Notes: generated by a model from the letters alone, not told the origin. A DNA stretch of 64,000 bases from an uncultured Actinomycetota bacterium (GCA_963770305.1 CAVYPB010000024.1:10543-74542), one strand, 5' to 3'. Counted from the stretch's first letter, positions 1 through 10,114 are shown. Made by a program: numbers and translations.

Positions 1-150
1 TCCCAGACCGAGGGCGTCCTCACTGGAGGTGTACACAACGCGCCACTTGTGGTCGAGGATCTCGGCCGCTACCCCCGCGTCCTCCAAAGCCTCTGCCAAC
101 CCTCGCAACTCCGGCTGCTCGGGCAGCGGTAGCGGCGGCGTCTCGCCCAC
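1..150 (-). CDS. 5' end of a gene running off the window edge; hypothetical, possibly the N-terminal region of a cyclase-family protein
   Basis: Manual translation from GTG at 150: VGETPPLPLPEQPELRGLAEALEDAGVAAEILDHKWRVVYTSSEDALGLG, open to position 1. Not in the ORF track. Family guess from memory only. Confidence 0.45.
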   Translation of the reverse strand, partial: MGETPPLPLPEQPELRGLAEALEDAGVAAEILDHKWRVVYTSSEDALGLG

Positions 151-333
151 GGACCAACCGTACGATACGACGGCCCGGCTCTACACCTGTCACACGAAAG
201 GTTCTCATCGCATCCTGGTACCGGGTTGCTCACGTCCCCTGCACAAAGGCGGTCTTGGTGCAGCAAGACGTGGGAAAGTTTCACCTTGAAGCGCCGGTCG
301 TACGGCGCGGTCTAGGGCCCACAATCCGAGATG

Positions 334-378
334 CCGTGGGTTCCCGATGAAATCGCTTCAGTCCGGGTGAACCCACGG
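334..378. terminator. Inverted-repeat hairpin downstream of the thioesterase gene
   Basis: Perfect arms CCGTGGGTTC (334-343) and GAACCCACGG (369-378) with an inner TGAA/TTCA stem. Confidence 0.5.
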
Positions 379-409
379 GACCGAGCGGTAAGGAACGTTC
401 GACGGGTCG

Positions 410-1294
410 CTACAAGCGCGACTGTTCTTTGATCGACGTGTCGGTAGTGCGCAGCGGCCGGATCAACGCGTCCTGCGCGAACGACGCGATCAACTCGCCC
501 TCCTCGGTGTGCACCGCACCCCGGACGTACGACATGCCTGCACCGACCTGCGTGCTCTCATGCGTGTAGAGGATCCAGCCGTCCCACCGCACCGGCTCGT
601 GAAAGCTGACCGATACGGTCATCGGCGCGGTCGACACAGTCAGGTGTGACTGCGCGGTGCCGATGCCCTCATGCGCGCGCATCGTCGTCGAAATACCAAG
701 GTGCCCCGTGAAATACGCGACCAGCGCCTTGGCCAAGTCGTCGCGGGTGGGGATCGGGTCATAGTGCAGCCAGGCGTACAACTCCGGCGGCCCGACCTCG
801 TCAGGGCTGTTGACGTCGACGACGTCGACCAGGCGCAGCTCACGTCCGAGCATCGGCATCGGCGAGACGTTCGCGTCCGCGGGTGGGGCGACCGCGGGAC
901 GAGGTAGGTGATGGCGGATCACATCTGGAGTCGGAACGTCGACAAGGACCGTGACCGTGATGCACCGCTTGCCGTTCTGCTTCGCCGCGACGATCGCGGT
1001 GGCGGTGGACCGGCCCTCGCTGACCACATCGATATCCAACTCGACCGGCCCTGCCCCGACCATCACCGCACGGGCAAACACCGCATACACCGACCGCACC
1101 GACTTCTCCGGAAACCGTTTGGCCGCAGCCACAATCGCCTGAGCCAGCACCTGCGTGCCTTCGACGACCTGTCGCTCGTCCTCGCCCGCGGGGCCAGTCT
1201 CGGCGATGAATCGGTTCTCTCCATCGGCAGGCACATCGAACAGGTCGAGCAGTCCCTGAACGGTCCACGGCGCCTGCGCTGATTCTGTCGTCAT
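410..1294 (-). CDS. TesB-like acyl-CoA thioesterase (double hotdog fold)
   Basis: VVEGTQVLAQ, SVRSVYAVF and 'SFHEPVRWDGWILY...GELIASFAQD' match the TesB pattern. Start moved to ATG at 1294 (MTTESAQ). Confidence 0.8.
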   Translation of the reverse strand: MTTESAQAPWTVQGLLDLFDVPADGENRFIAETGPAGEDERQVVEGTQVLAQAIVAAAKRFPEKSVRSVYAVFARAVMVGAGPVELDIDVVSEGRSTATAIVAAKQNGKRCITVTVLVDVPTPDVIRHHLPRPAVAPPADANVSPMPMLGRELRLVDVVDVNSPDEVGPPELYAWLHYDPIPTRDDLAKALVAYFTGHLGISTTMRAHEGIGTAQSHLTVSTAPMTVSVSFHEPVRWDGWILYTHESTQVGAGMSYVRGAVHTEEGELIASFAQDALIRPLRTTDTSIKEQSRL

Positions 1295-1327
1295 GTGTGG
1301 GAACAGTAACCGAGGTTCTGCAAAAGC

Positions 1328-1342
1328 GGTAACGTCATTACC
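1328..1342. promoter_or_regulatory. Palindromic operator between the divergent thioesterase and TetR genes
   Basis: GGTAACGTCATTACC; a near-identical copy lies at 2071-2085. Confidence 0.7.
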
Positions 1343-1372
1343 AACGCCCAACCACGAGCCGGAAGGTATCCC

Positions 1373-2008
1373 ATGGCGAAGCCGAGTGGACGATCGCCGG
1401 AAACCGTCGGCGTCGACACCGAATCCCGCCCGACGCGCTTCATGAAGTCGGCGCTGGCGATCCTCGGCGAAACGGGGCGCACCGACTTCACCGTGCTCGA
1501 AGTCGTGGAGCGGTCAAAGACCTCGCTGCGGTCCTTTTACCAGCACTTCTCCACCAAGGACGAGCTGCTGCTCGCCCTGATCGACAAGATCATGTCCGAG
1601 TCGACGCGTCGGTGGCGAGAGGATACGACGGGGCTGCCGAGCGTCGCGGCTCTGCGGGTGCTCATCGACCGCATCTGCACACCCGCCGAATCGACCACCC
1701 AGGACAAGGTCAATCGCGGCCTGACCTACTACAACGACCACCTGGCCGAGACGCTGCCACGCGAGTACGCGCGCGTGCTCTCGCCTGTGCACGAGCTAAT
1801 CAAGGACATCATCAGCCGCGGCATCGCCGACGGCTCTTTCCGGGCCGGCCTCGACGTCGACGCCACCGCCGCGCTGATCATGCAATCGGCACTCGGCGCC
1901 ATGCGGTTGCACGTCCTCGGCGCTGAACTCAACGGCGTTCCTGTCGACGCCGACCACATTTACGACTTCTGCGTCAGCGGCCTCATCGGGCCCGGCAACA
2001 CCGTCTGA
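1373..2008 (+). CDS. TetR/AcrR family transcriptional regulator
   Basis: N-terminal HTH 'FTVLEVVERSKTSLRSFYQHFSTKDELL'. Confidence 0.9.
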   Translation: MAKPSGRSPETVGVDTESRPTRFMKSALAILGETGRTDFTVLEVVERSKTSLRSFYQHFSTKDELLLALIDKIMSESTRRWREDTTGLPSVAALRVLIDRICTPAESTTQDKVNRGLTYYNDHLAETLPREYARVLSPVHELIKDIISRGIADGSFRAGLDVDATAALIMQSALGAMRLHVLGAELNGVPVDADHIYDFCVSGLIGPGNTV

Positions 2009-2069
2009 CCTGCGCCGCACCCGTCGAATGTGACCTTGTCGAGGGGTGGTGTTTTCGCTGGTCCAGACG

Positions 2070-2086
2070 TGGTAATGTCATTACCA
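2070..2086. promoter_or_regulatory. Palindromic operator upstream of the amidohydrolase-ACAD operon
   Basis: TGGTAATG-T-CATTACCA, a perfect 8-bp-arm palindrome matching the site at 1328-1342. Confidence 0.75.
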
Positions 2087-2118
2087 GTTACGGCCAATCA
2101 GACTTCCAGGAGGCGGAT

Positions 2119-3342
2119 ATGCCATCACGCGTGCTCCCCTACCCAGTGTTCGACGCGGACAACCACTTCTACGAGCCCAAAGAGGCGCTCACGCAGTTCC
2201 TGCCGGATCACCGCAAGGGCGTCATCGACTACATCGACGTCCGCGGCCGCACCAAGATCATGGTGCGAAACGTAGTCAGCGACTACATCCCCAACCCGAC
2301 CTTCGAGGTGGTCGCCCGGCCCGGCGCCCAGGAGGAGTACTTCCGGCACGGCAGCGGCGGCAAGAGCTTCCGCGAGGTCATGGGCAAGCCCATGAAGGCG
2401 ATCCCCGCATTCCGCGACCCCGCGGCACGGCTGGAGGTCATGGACGGACTCGGCCTCGACTACACGCTGATGTTCCCAACGCTGGCCAGCCTCGTCGAGG
2501 AGCGACTGAAGGATGATCCCGAACTGATCCTCGACATCGTTCACGCGCTGAACGAGTGGATGTACGAGACCTGGCAGTTCAACTACGAAGGCCGCATCTT
2601 CTCCACCCCGGTCATCAACCTCGGCGTTGTCGACCGCGCTCTCGAAGAACTCGAGTGGTGCCTCGAGCGCGGAGCGAAGACCGTCCTGGTCCGCCCGGCT
2701 CCGGTGCCGGGAATGCGCGGCACCCGTTCGTTCGGCACGGAGGAGTTCGACCCGTTCTGGGATGCCTGCGTCAAGGCCGGCATCCCAGTGTCGATGCACG
2801 CCTCGGACAGCGGCTACTCCGAGTACCTCAACGACTGGGAGCCCGGCGACGAGTTCAAGCCGTTCGCGCCGACCTCATTCCGCATGGTCGCGATGGGCAA
2901 GCGGCCCATCGAGGACACCATGGCCGCGCTGGTCTGCCATGGCGCGCTGACCCGTAACCCGGATCTGCGAATCCTGTCGATCGAGAACGGCGCGGACTGG
3001 GTGCCTTTCCTGTTCAAGCAGTTCAAGAACGTCTACTCGAAGATGCCGCAAGGGTTCCTGGAGGACCCGATCGAGGCGTTCCGGCGTTGCGTCTACGTTG
3101 CGCCGTTCTGGGAGGACGACTTCGCCCAGATGGCCGAGTTGTGCGGCGTCGACCGGGTGATCTTCGGTTCCGACTGGCCCCATCCGGAGGGCTTGGCGGA
3201 ACCGGTCAACCTGATCGACGACCTACAGGGCCTCGACGAAGAGGGACAGCGAAAGGTCATGGGTGGCAACATGATCGACCTGTTCAAGATCGAGAACAAG
3301 ATCGTCCACAAGCCGGACGTGCCCGCACTTGTTCTCACCTGA
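2119..3342 (+). CDS. Amidohydrolase_2 family metal-dependent hydrolase
   Basis: DADNH, SMHAS, IENG and FGSDWPH motifs; RBS AGGAGG upstream. Confidence 0.88.
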   Translation: MPSRVLPYPVFDADNHFYEPKEALTQFLPDHRKGVIDYIDVRGRTKIMVRNVVSDYIPNPTFEVVARPGAQEEYFRHGSGGKSFREVMGKPMKAIPAFRDPAARLEVMDGLGLDYTLMFPTLASLVEERLKDDPELILDIVHALNEWMYETWQFNYEGRIFSTPVINLGVVDRALEELEWCLERGAKTVLVRPAPVPGMRGTRSFGTEEFDPFWDACVKAGIPVSMHASDSGYSEYLNDWEPGDEFKPFAPTSFRMVAMGKRPIEDTMAALVCHGALTRNPDLRILSIENGADWVPFLFKQFKNVYSKMPQGFLEDPIEAFRRCVYVAPFWEDDFAQMAELCGVDRVIFGSDWPHPEGLAEPVNLIDDLQGLDEEGQRKVMGGNMIDLFKIENKIVHKPDVPALVLT

Positions 3343-3343
3343 C

Positions 3344-4480
3344 GTGACCGACGTCGCGAATCCAGAGGTCCTGCTCTTCGCCTCGACGACGCAGTCGTTC
3401 CTCGAGAAGGAAGCACCGCTGAGCCGGCTGCGTGAACTGCACGCGGCCGGCACCTCGTTCGAGGCCGGCTGGTGGCGCCGAGCAGCAGAGCTGGGCTGGA
3501 CGAGTCTGCTGGTGCCCGAGGAACTCGGCGGCGGCAGCGTGTCGGGCGACGGCGTCCAGGACCTGGCACTGGTCGCAGAACTGGCAGGCAGGACCGTCGC
3601 CCCTGGACCGCTCCACCCGGTCAGTACCGTGCTGGCCGGCCTGGTCGAGGCGCCCGAAAACCATGAGGAGACAATCGAATCCTTGGTGTCGGGTGAGGTC
3701 GTGACGTCCTGGGCGGTGTACGAGCCGGGCAAATCATGGTCGCCGTTGGCCGCCATGGTCACCGCGACGCCCACCGCGACGGGTTTCCGCCTCGACGGCG
3801 TGAAGGACCGCGTCGAGGCCGGTGCCGAAAGTGGAATCCTGCTGGTGGTCGCGCGGTGCGACGGCGCGGTGCGCCAGTTCCTGGTGCCGACGGACGCGTC
3901 CGGGGTGCGCGTCGAGCAACAACAGTCCATCGATCTGGTGAAGCGTTACGCCCGAGTGCATTTCGACGGCGTCGAGGTCGACGCCTCAGCGGTCGTCGGT
4001 TCGGCAGAGCAGACGGCGGAGTCGATCGCGCGGCAGAGCCAGGTCGCGCAGGTGCTGCAGTGTGCCGAGGTCGTCGGCATTCTCGACACAGTGCTCGGCT
4101 TCACCGTCCAATGGGGATTCGACCGGCATTCGTTCGGCCGCCCGATTGGCTCCTACCAGGCGCTCAAACACAAGTACGCCGACCTGAAGATCTGGTTCGA
4201 GGCGTGCCGCGCGACCACGCGCGCTGCCGTCGCCGAGGTGGCCGCGCGTTCACCCGGTGCCGAGATGGCGGTCAGTGTCGCAAAATCCTGTGTGGGGGAA
4301 CGCGCCGCCGGCATGGTGCAGGACTGCGTGCAGCTGCACGGCGGTATCGGTGTGACGTGGGAACACGACCTGCACCTGTATCTGCGGCGAGTCACGTTGT
4401 ACCGCTCGATGTTCGGCACGCCCGAACACCACAACCTGCGGGTCTATGACCTCACCAAGCAGCTGGAGCCCGCGTCATGA
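3344..4480 (+). CDS. Acyl-CoA dehydrogenase family protein (probable short subunit of a heteromeric FadE pair)
   Basis: 'FGRPIGSYQALKH' and 'VQLHGGIGVTWEHDLHLYLRR'. GTG at 3344 directly follows the upstream stop; ATGA overlap with the next gene. Confidence 0.9.
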   Translation: MTDVANPEVLLFASTTQSFLEKEAPLSRLRELHAAGTSFEAGWWRRAAELGWTSLLVPEELGGGSVSGDGVQDLALVAELAGRTVAPGPLHPVSTVLAGLVEAPENHEETIESLVSGEVVTSWAVYEPGKSWSPLAAMVTATPTATGFRLDGVKDRVEAGAESGILLVVARCDGAVRQFLVPTDASGVRVEQQQSIDLVKRYARVHFDGVEVDASAVVGSAEQTAESIARQSQVAQVLQCAEVVGILDTVLGFTVQWGFDRHSFGRPIGSYQALKHKYADLKIWFEACRATTRAAVAEVAARSPGAEMAVSVAKSCVGERAAGMVQDCVQLHGGIGVTWEHDLHLYLRRVTLYRSMFGTPEHHNLRVYDLTKQLEPAS

Positions 4481-5733
4481 CCGAGACGACTTCGGTGCCC
4501 ACCGAAACGGCGGAGTCGGTCGACGATTTCGCCACACGGGCCAGAGCGTGGCTGGCCGGCAATATGCCCCGCATCGATTTGGACGATCCGCCGGAAGTCG
4601 ATCGGGGTGAGGACGCGCCGTGGCAGCGTGCTCGCGAACTCCAGAAGATGCTCTATGAAGGCGGATTCGCCGGTATCTGCTTTCCACGCGAGTACGGCGG
4701 ACTCGGCCTGCCGATCGCGTATCAGAAGGCCTTCGACAACGAGGCACGCGGCTATGAGATGCCGATGATCCTCAACACGCCGACATTCACGATCTGCGCC
4801 GCGACGATCCTCGACACCGGCTCGGAAGATCAGAAGCGTAAACATATTTCGGCAGCACTGCGCGGCGGCGAAGTACTCGTGCAGCTGCTGTCAGAACCCA
4901 GTGGCGGATCGGATCTCGCCGGTGTCATCACCCGGGCCGACCGCGTCGGCGACAAGTGGGTGATCAACGGCGCGAAGACGTGGAGCACCAGCGCATTCGC
5001 CGCCGACTACGGCCTGATGCTGGCCCGCACCGATTGGGACGTGCCCAAGCACGAGGGCCTGACGATGTTCATGGTGCCGATCAACAGCCCCGGAATCACG
5101 TTGCGTCGCATCAAGCAGGTCAACGGGTCGGTCGAGTTCTGCGAGGAGTTCTTCGACAACCTCGAACTCGGCGACGACGCCGTAGTCGGCGAAGTCAACG
5201 AGGGTTGGCATGTGGCCTCACGGCAGCTCTACCACGAGCGGCGCGCGGTCGGCGGCGGCTCCGAGTTCGCCAGTGGCATTGGCGCAGAGGGCAAGACCGA
5301 CATGCCCATCGACTACGTCGAGCTGCTGGAGAAAACGGGCCAGGCCGACAACGAGCGTGCGCGCGAACTGGCGGGCCGGGCGCTTGTGCACCGGGCGGTG
5401 CGGGAGCAGCTTATCGACCACGTGTATCACGGTGTTCTCGACGGCTCGCTGCCCCCGGCGGCGGGTTCGATCATTCGCGTCATGCACGCCGAGATCCATC
5501 ATTTGGAGTTCGACACAGTGCTGGCGCTCGCAGGCAGCTCCGGCGTCGTCGATGTCGGCGATGACCTGCTGAGGTACGGCGAGCGCTACCTGTCGCGGCA
5601 GTCGGCGGCGCTCGGCGGCGGCACCACCGAGATCGCGCGCAATATCATCGGTGAACGCGTGCTCGGGTTCCCCCGCGAGCATGCGGCCGACCGTGGCGTG
5701 CCGTTCAATCAGGTCAAGCGCAACAAGAGCTGA
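4477..5733 (+). CDS. Acyl-CoA dehydrogenase family protein
   Basis: 'QLLSEPSGGSDL', 'INGAKTWST', 'EFCEEFFD', 'GGGTTEIARNIIGERVLG'. Confidence 0.92.
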   Translation: MTETTSVPTETAESVDDFATRARAWLAGNMPRIDLDDPPEVDRGEDAPWQRARELQKMLYEGGFAGICFPREYGGLGLPIAYQKAFDNEARGYEMPMILNTPTFTICAATILDTGSEDQKRKHISAALRGGEVLVQLLSEPSGGSDLAGVITRADRVGDKWVINGAKTWSTSAFAADYGLMLARTDWDVPKHEGLTMFMVPINSPGITLRRIKQVNGSVEFCEEFFDNLELGDDAVVGEVNEGWHVASRQLYHERRAVGGGSEFASGIGAEGKTDMPIDYVELLEKTGQADNERARELAGRALVHRAVREQLIDHVYHGVLDGSLPPAAGSIIRVMHAEIHHLEFDTVLALAGSSGVVDVGDDLLRYGERYLSRQSAALGGGTTEIARNIIGERVLGFPREHAADRGVPFNQVKRNKS

Positions 5734-5758
5734 GCCGTTGTCCTAAGCGCGGTCTCGA

Positions 5759-8700
5759 TCACAGCATGGCTTCGGCCAGGGCGATATGTCCTTCGAAGCC
5801 CAGTTCCGTTGCCATGGCGCGATAGCGATCCGCGAAGTCCCGATAGCCGGACTCGTCGCCATCGGCCTTCGCCGACAACGAGCGAAGCCGCAGCAGCGGC
5901 AGTTCGTGCAGGACGAATCCGGGCTCGGTGGGCACCGCCGCTAGTCGGTCGATCGCCACTCGGGCTTCCTGCAGGTCGACGTCGCTGCGGCGGCGCAGCA
6001 GCGATTCCACCAGAACCGTGGTGGTCGGCCCGAGGCAGACCATCTCACCCGAACTGAACAGGAAGGCGAGGACCCCTCGCGAGATTTCGATCGCACCGTC
6101 GAGATCACATTGCTTGGCCTTCTCTTTCGCAACATGGATGCGGAATCGTTCCATTTCCCCCGTTGCATACCGCCGTAACACAATGGCTTCGTGCAGTTCA
6201 GCGAGTTCGTCGACGGCATTGGCTGGCGGGTCAATGCAATTGACCAGGGCGATGCCGCGCGCACATCGAGCCGCTATCAGAGCGAGGTCGTCGCCGGACT
6301 GCTCGGCGCGCTGGAGCGCTTCGGCAGTTTCACTCATCGCGGCCGAGTCTGGTAGCAGCGCCAAGTTCAGGATGGCGAATGATTTGTACGCGACGACCGA
6401 CGAATAGCTGTTTGCATCAAGACCGCGGGCCAGCCCCACCGCCTCATCGAATTCATCCTTCCAGCCCGGAATCCCGAGGCAAAAGCCGGATGCCGCTCGC
6501 AGGGCCTGTGCCAGGACCAGGGGTGATCCCCCGACAAGCAGGTTTTGCCCTTTCACCGGGTCGCCGTTGGCGATATCGAGCACGCGCTGCGCCAACCGCA
6601 GACCTTGATCCGGTTGCCCTGCTTGGAATTTGACATTGCTCGCCCCTAGGAGATGCCCTGTCATTCGCGGCGAGTAGCCGATCGAGTCGAGCATCTCGAC
6701 GCAGTCGGACGCCACACGTGCAGCCTCCGCGTAACGACCATGGAACATCAGAGCCTGCGCCTGGCCTACCTCAGCCAAGGCCAGCGACACCTTATCGCCC
6801 GACGCGGCGCATAGCTCGCGGAGCTCATCAAAGCCGGTATTGGCAAGCGTTGCCTCTGTTCTCCAGGCACTCCCACAGAGGTAGGCGCGCGGGACAATCC
6901 GCTTTTGCATTCGGTCCGAATCATCGGCGGGCAGCCGATCGGCGATGTCACGTGCGCGCCGCCAACTCGTTTGCGCGGCAGAGACATCGCGTCTTGCCGC
7001 CCACCTGCCAGCGCGCATGTGCCACATATACGCGGCCATCACTTCATCCCCAGCCTCCAGATGTTCGGCGATCACTGCGGCGTTCTCGTCTGCCGACTCC
7101 GGCTCCCCGGTTTCGATGGCCACGGCGAGGCGGCGGTGCACCTCGGCGCGGTCAGACTTCAACTGTGATTCGTATGTCACCGTACGAATCAGTGGATGGC
7201 GAAACGCATACGCAGCTCGCGGCGTGAACGACACCTGTTCGATCAGTTCGGCCTCCACCAATTCCTCGATTGCCGGGTCGACGTCCAGGCTCGCCAGCAG
7301 AGCAGGGTCAAACTGCGATCCAATCACCGCCGCCGCACCAAGTGCCCGCTTGGCCGGTGCGGCCAAGCGGTCGATGCGGGCAGCAATGGTCGCTTGTAGC
7401 GTGGCGGGCACGTTGATCTCGTCAACGTCGGTGCGGCACTCATAATTGCCACGCTCACCGCGTAATACCCCACGGTCGGCGAGTTCGCGAACCATCTCTT
7501 CGATGAAGAACGGGTTGCCCGCCGCGCGCTCGTTGATAGCCACGGCAAGTTTGCCGATTGATGGGTGCAGACCCAGCAATTCGGCTGTCAACAACAAGCA
7601 CGACGAATCCTCCAGGGGTGCAAGGGCTATCGTCTGCGATCCGGCAAGCCGGGTCAACGCGCCACGGTATTCAGGACGGAACGAAACAACCACCAATGAT
7701 GGCGTTTGAGGGACCACCGCGAGGTATTCGCACAGCATGGAGTCGCTGATCTCATCGATCCAGTGCGCATCCTCGATCACGAACATCGTCGGCGTCCGGC
7801 GAGCGATGGCGGCAGCGTTGACCAAGACGGTCAGGCGCCGGCGACGGGCGTCCGGGCTGATCTTGGGTAAGGCGACCGCGGGGTCGGCGATTCCCAGCAG
7901 GTCATCCAGCAGCAGCAGATCTTCGCGAGTGGCGTCGGGCATCAGGTTCCTCAACCGCGATCGCGCTGCGTCCTCGTCGAGGGCAGTCACTCCGAACGAA
8001 GTGCGCAGCAAGTCGGCGACGACGTAAAATGGGATGTCGCTGGCATGCGACTCACAGGCGGTCGCGAACACCTCGATCCCGACGCTCGTCGCGGCCGCCG
8101 TCAACTCACGGACCAACCGGCTCTTGCCTATCCCAGCCGACCCGACGATGCCCACCACAAGACCTTGGCCTGCACTCGACCGGTCCAAGAGTCCGATCAG
8201 AGCATCCAGCTCCCGTTGGCGCCCAACCAAAGTCGGCTCGCGACGCAGGACGCGTCGGCGCTGCGTCGCGATAGCTTCCAGACGACGCGCGGCGACCGGC
8301 TCGCTGGCGCCCTTGATGCGAACAAGTTCCGGTTGGGCCAACACCGTGGCGTCCTCGACCAGCCGGGCCGTCGATGCGCTCAGCATGACCCCGCCTGGCG
8401 GGGCCACCGATTCCATCCGGTGAGCCATGCCGACCTGTTCACCGATCGCGGTGTAGCCAAAGACACTCGAGCCGATGTCTCCTGCGATCACCTCGCCGGA
8501 GTTGAGCCCAACCCGCAATCGCAAGTCGATGCCGTCGCGATCGTGGACCTCGATCGCCAACCGTGCGGTCTCGGCTTGCATGGCCAGGGCGGCCAGGCAT
8601 GCACGCAGGGCATGGTCTTCCAGCGCCACGGGTGCGCCGAACAGTGCCATGACGCCGTCGCCGGTGAATTTGTCGGCCGTGCCACCGTATTGATCCACAA

Positions 8701-8929
8701 CGCGCGCAGCTCGACTGACTAATTCGGTCATGATCTCGCGCAGACGCTCGGCGCCGACTGCCACTGCGATGTCCATCGAATGCACCACGTCGGCAAACAG
8801 AACCGTGACCTGCTTGAACTCGGCACGGGTGTCCGTCGCCAGGATGGCGGAACCACAGCGATGGCAGAAGCGGGCGCCCTCCAGCGGTTCAGTGCCACAT
8901 GCGCGGCAGGCCGCCATTCCACCCCCCAC
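5759..8929 (-). CDS. Multidomain class III adenylate/guanylate cyclase: double zinc ribbon, cyclase, AAA ATPase and helical/TPR-like C-terminus
   Basis: CRACG...FCHRCG; FADVVHS and KFTGDG (cyclase metal-binding Asp residues); RVGLNSG; Walker A GSAGIGKS; Walker B MFVIEDAHW; intact 1056-aa ORF. Confidence 0.9.
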   Translation of the reverse strand: MGGGMAACRACGTEPLEGARFCHRCGSAILATDTRAEFKQVTVLFADVVHSMDIAVAVGAERLREIMTELVSRAARVVDQYGGTADKFTGDGVMALFGAPVALEDHALRACLAALAMQAETARLAIEVHDRDGIDLRLRVGLNSGEVIAGDIGSSVFGYTAIGEQVGMAHRMESVAPPGGVMLSASTARLVEDATVLAQPELVRIKGASEPVAARRLEAIATQRRRVLRREPTLVGRQRELDALIGLLDRSSAGQGLVVGIVGSAGIGKSRLVRELTAAATSVGIEVFATACESHASDIPFYVVADLLRTSFGVTALDEDAARSRLRNLMPDATREDLLLLDDLLGIADPAVALPKISPDARRRRLTVLVNAAAIARRTPTMFVIEDAHWIDEISDSMLCEYLAVVPQTPSLVVVSFRPEYRGALTRLAGSQTIALAPLEDSSCLLLTAELLGLHPSIGKLAVAINERAAGNPFFIEEMVRELADRGVLRGERGNYECRTDVDEINVPATLQATIAARIDRLAAPAKRALGAAAVIGSQFDPALLASLDVDPAIEELVEAELIEQVSFTPRAAYAFRHPLIRTVTYESQLKSDRAEVHRRLAVAIETGEPESADENAAVIAEHLEAGDEVMAAYMWHMRAGRWAARRDVSAAQTSWRRARDIADRLPADDSDRMQKRIVPRAYLCGSAWRTEATLANTGFDELRELCAASGDKVSLALAEVGQAQALMFHGRYAEAARVASDCVEMLDSIGYSPRMTGHLLGASNVKFQAGQPDQGLRLAQRVLDIANGDPVKGQNLLVGGSPLVLAQALRAASGFCLGIPGWKDEFDEAVGLARGLDANSYSSVVAYKSFAILNLALLPDSAAMSETAEALQRAEQSGDDLALIAARCARGIALVNCIDPPANAVDELAELHEAIVLRRYATGEMERFRIHVAKEKAKQCDLDGAIEISRGVLAFLFSSGEMVCLGPTTTVLVESLLRRRSDVDLQEARVAIDRLAAVPTEPGFVLHELPLLRLRSLSAKADGDESGYRDFADRYRAMATELGFEGHIALAEAML

Positions 8930-9007
8930 GATCTGTCAGGGTTCTCCCAGGATAGGCATCAGAGTCCTGAACAGCGCGTCTATCGGTGATCTCGGGTTTA
9001 GCAAGAG

Positions 9008-10024
9008 CTAGAACAACGTCGGCTGGAGTACCTCGGCGGCTGGTGACACCGGAGTATCGGCCGCCCTGAAGGACCGGCGATCGGGTGCCAGACCGTGTTT
9101 GGCAATCAGCGGTTTCACCCTGTCGTGCAGCATGTTTCGGTAGTCCAACGACAGATACGCGCCGCGCCTGTATAACCCGCGGTACTCCCCCACCAGCTCC
9201 GGATGCGATTTCGCCAACCAGCCCATGAACCATCCGCGTGTCGAGCCACGCAGATGCAGGCCGAACACCGTCACACCCGTCGCGCCGGCCTCGGAGATCG
9301 CGGCCAGCAGCGCATCGAGGTGCTCGACGGAGTCGGTCAATCGCGGCAGCACCGGCGCGACCATGACATGACAATCCAGCCCGGCGTCGCGAATGGCGGA
9401 GATCAGCCCGAGGCGGGCCTGCGGTGACGGCGTCCCTGGTTCGACGTCCTTATGCAGGTCGGGATCGCCGACCGCCAGCGACACCGCGACGCTGACGTCG
9501 ACGCGGCGAGCGGCCTCGGTGATCAGCGGGAGGTCGCGGCGCAGCAGTGTGCCCTTGGTGAGGATGGAAAACGGGGTGCCGGAATCCGCCAGGGCGCCGA
9601 TGATCCCCGGCATCAGCGCGTAGCGCCCCTCGGCCCGTTGATAGGGATCGGTGTTGGTGCCGAGCGCGACGGTCTCCCGCTGCCACGCCGGCCTGCGCAG
9701 TTCGCGACGCAGCACATCGGCGACGTTGGTCTTGACCACGACCTGGGTGTCGAAGTCGGTGCCGCAGTCCAGATCGAGGTATTCGTGCGTGGGCCGGGCG
9801 AAGCAGTAACGACAGGCATGGGAGCAGCCGCGGTAGCCGTTGACGGTGTAATTGAAAGGGAGCATCGACACGCTGGGCACCTTGTTCAGCGCCGACTTGC
9901 ACAGCACCTCGTGGAACGTGATGCCCTCGAACTGCGGCGTGCGGACGCTGCGGACAAAGCCGATGCGCTGCAGGCCAGGCAGGGCGCCGTCGTCGACGCT
10001 CACGCCCTGGCCATCCCACCGCAT
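9008..10024 (-). CDS. Rv2578c-family radical SAM protein (SplB-like, DNA-damage inducible)
   Basis: GCSHACRYC (CxxxCxxC); GTNTDPYQ; start moved to MRWDGQG at 10024; SOS box just upstream. Confidence 0.9.
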   Translation of the reverse strand: MRWDGQGVSVDDGALPGLQRIGFVRSVRTPQFEGITFHEVLCKSALNKVPSVSMLPFNYTVNGYRGCSHACRYCFARPTHEYLDLDCGTDFDTQVVVKTNVADVLRRELRRPAWQRETVALGTNTDPYQRAEGRYALMPGIIGALADSGTPFSILTKGTLLRRDLPLITEAARRVDVSVAVSLAVGDPDLHKDVEPGTPSPQARLGLISAIRDAGLDCHVMVAPVLPRLTDSVEHLDALLAAISEAGATGVTVFGLHLRGSTRGWFMGWLAKSHPELVGEYRGLYRRGAYLSLDYRNMLHDRVKPLIAKHGLAPDRRSFRAADTPVSPAAEVLQPTLF

Positions 10025-10032
10025 GAATCTAT

Positions 10033-10048
10033 TCGAACTGATGTTCGA
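10033..10048. promoter_or_regulatory. LexA (SOS) box
   Basis: TCGAAC-TGAT-GTTCGA, a perfect match to the mycobacterial TCGAAC-N4-GTTCGA consensus, ending 8 bp before the radical SAM start codon. Confidence 0.88.
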
Positions 10049-10071
10049 TAAAAAGTCAAGGTAATCCACAC

Positions 10072-10114
10072 TCGCATGAAGTACATCATGCGACTAGCAT
10101 GATGCCCATCATGC
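10072..10114. promoter_or_regulatory. Two tandem palindromic operators overlapping the TetR start
   Basis: TCGCATGA-AGTACA-TCATGCGA (10072-10093) and GCATGATG-CC-CATCATGC (10097-10114); shared core CATGA-N6-TCATG. Confidence 0.7.
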
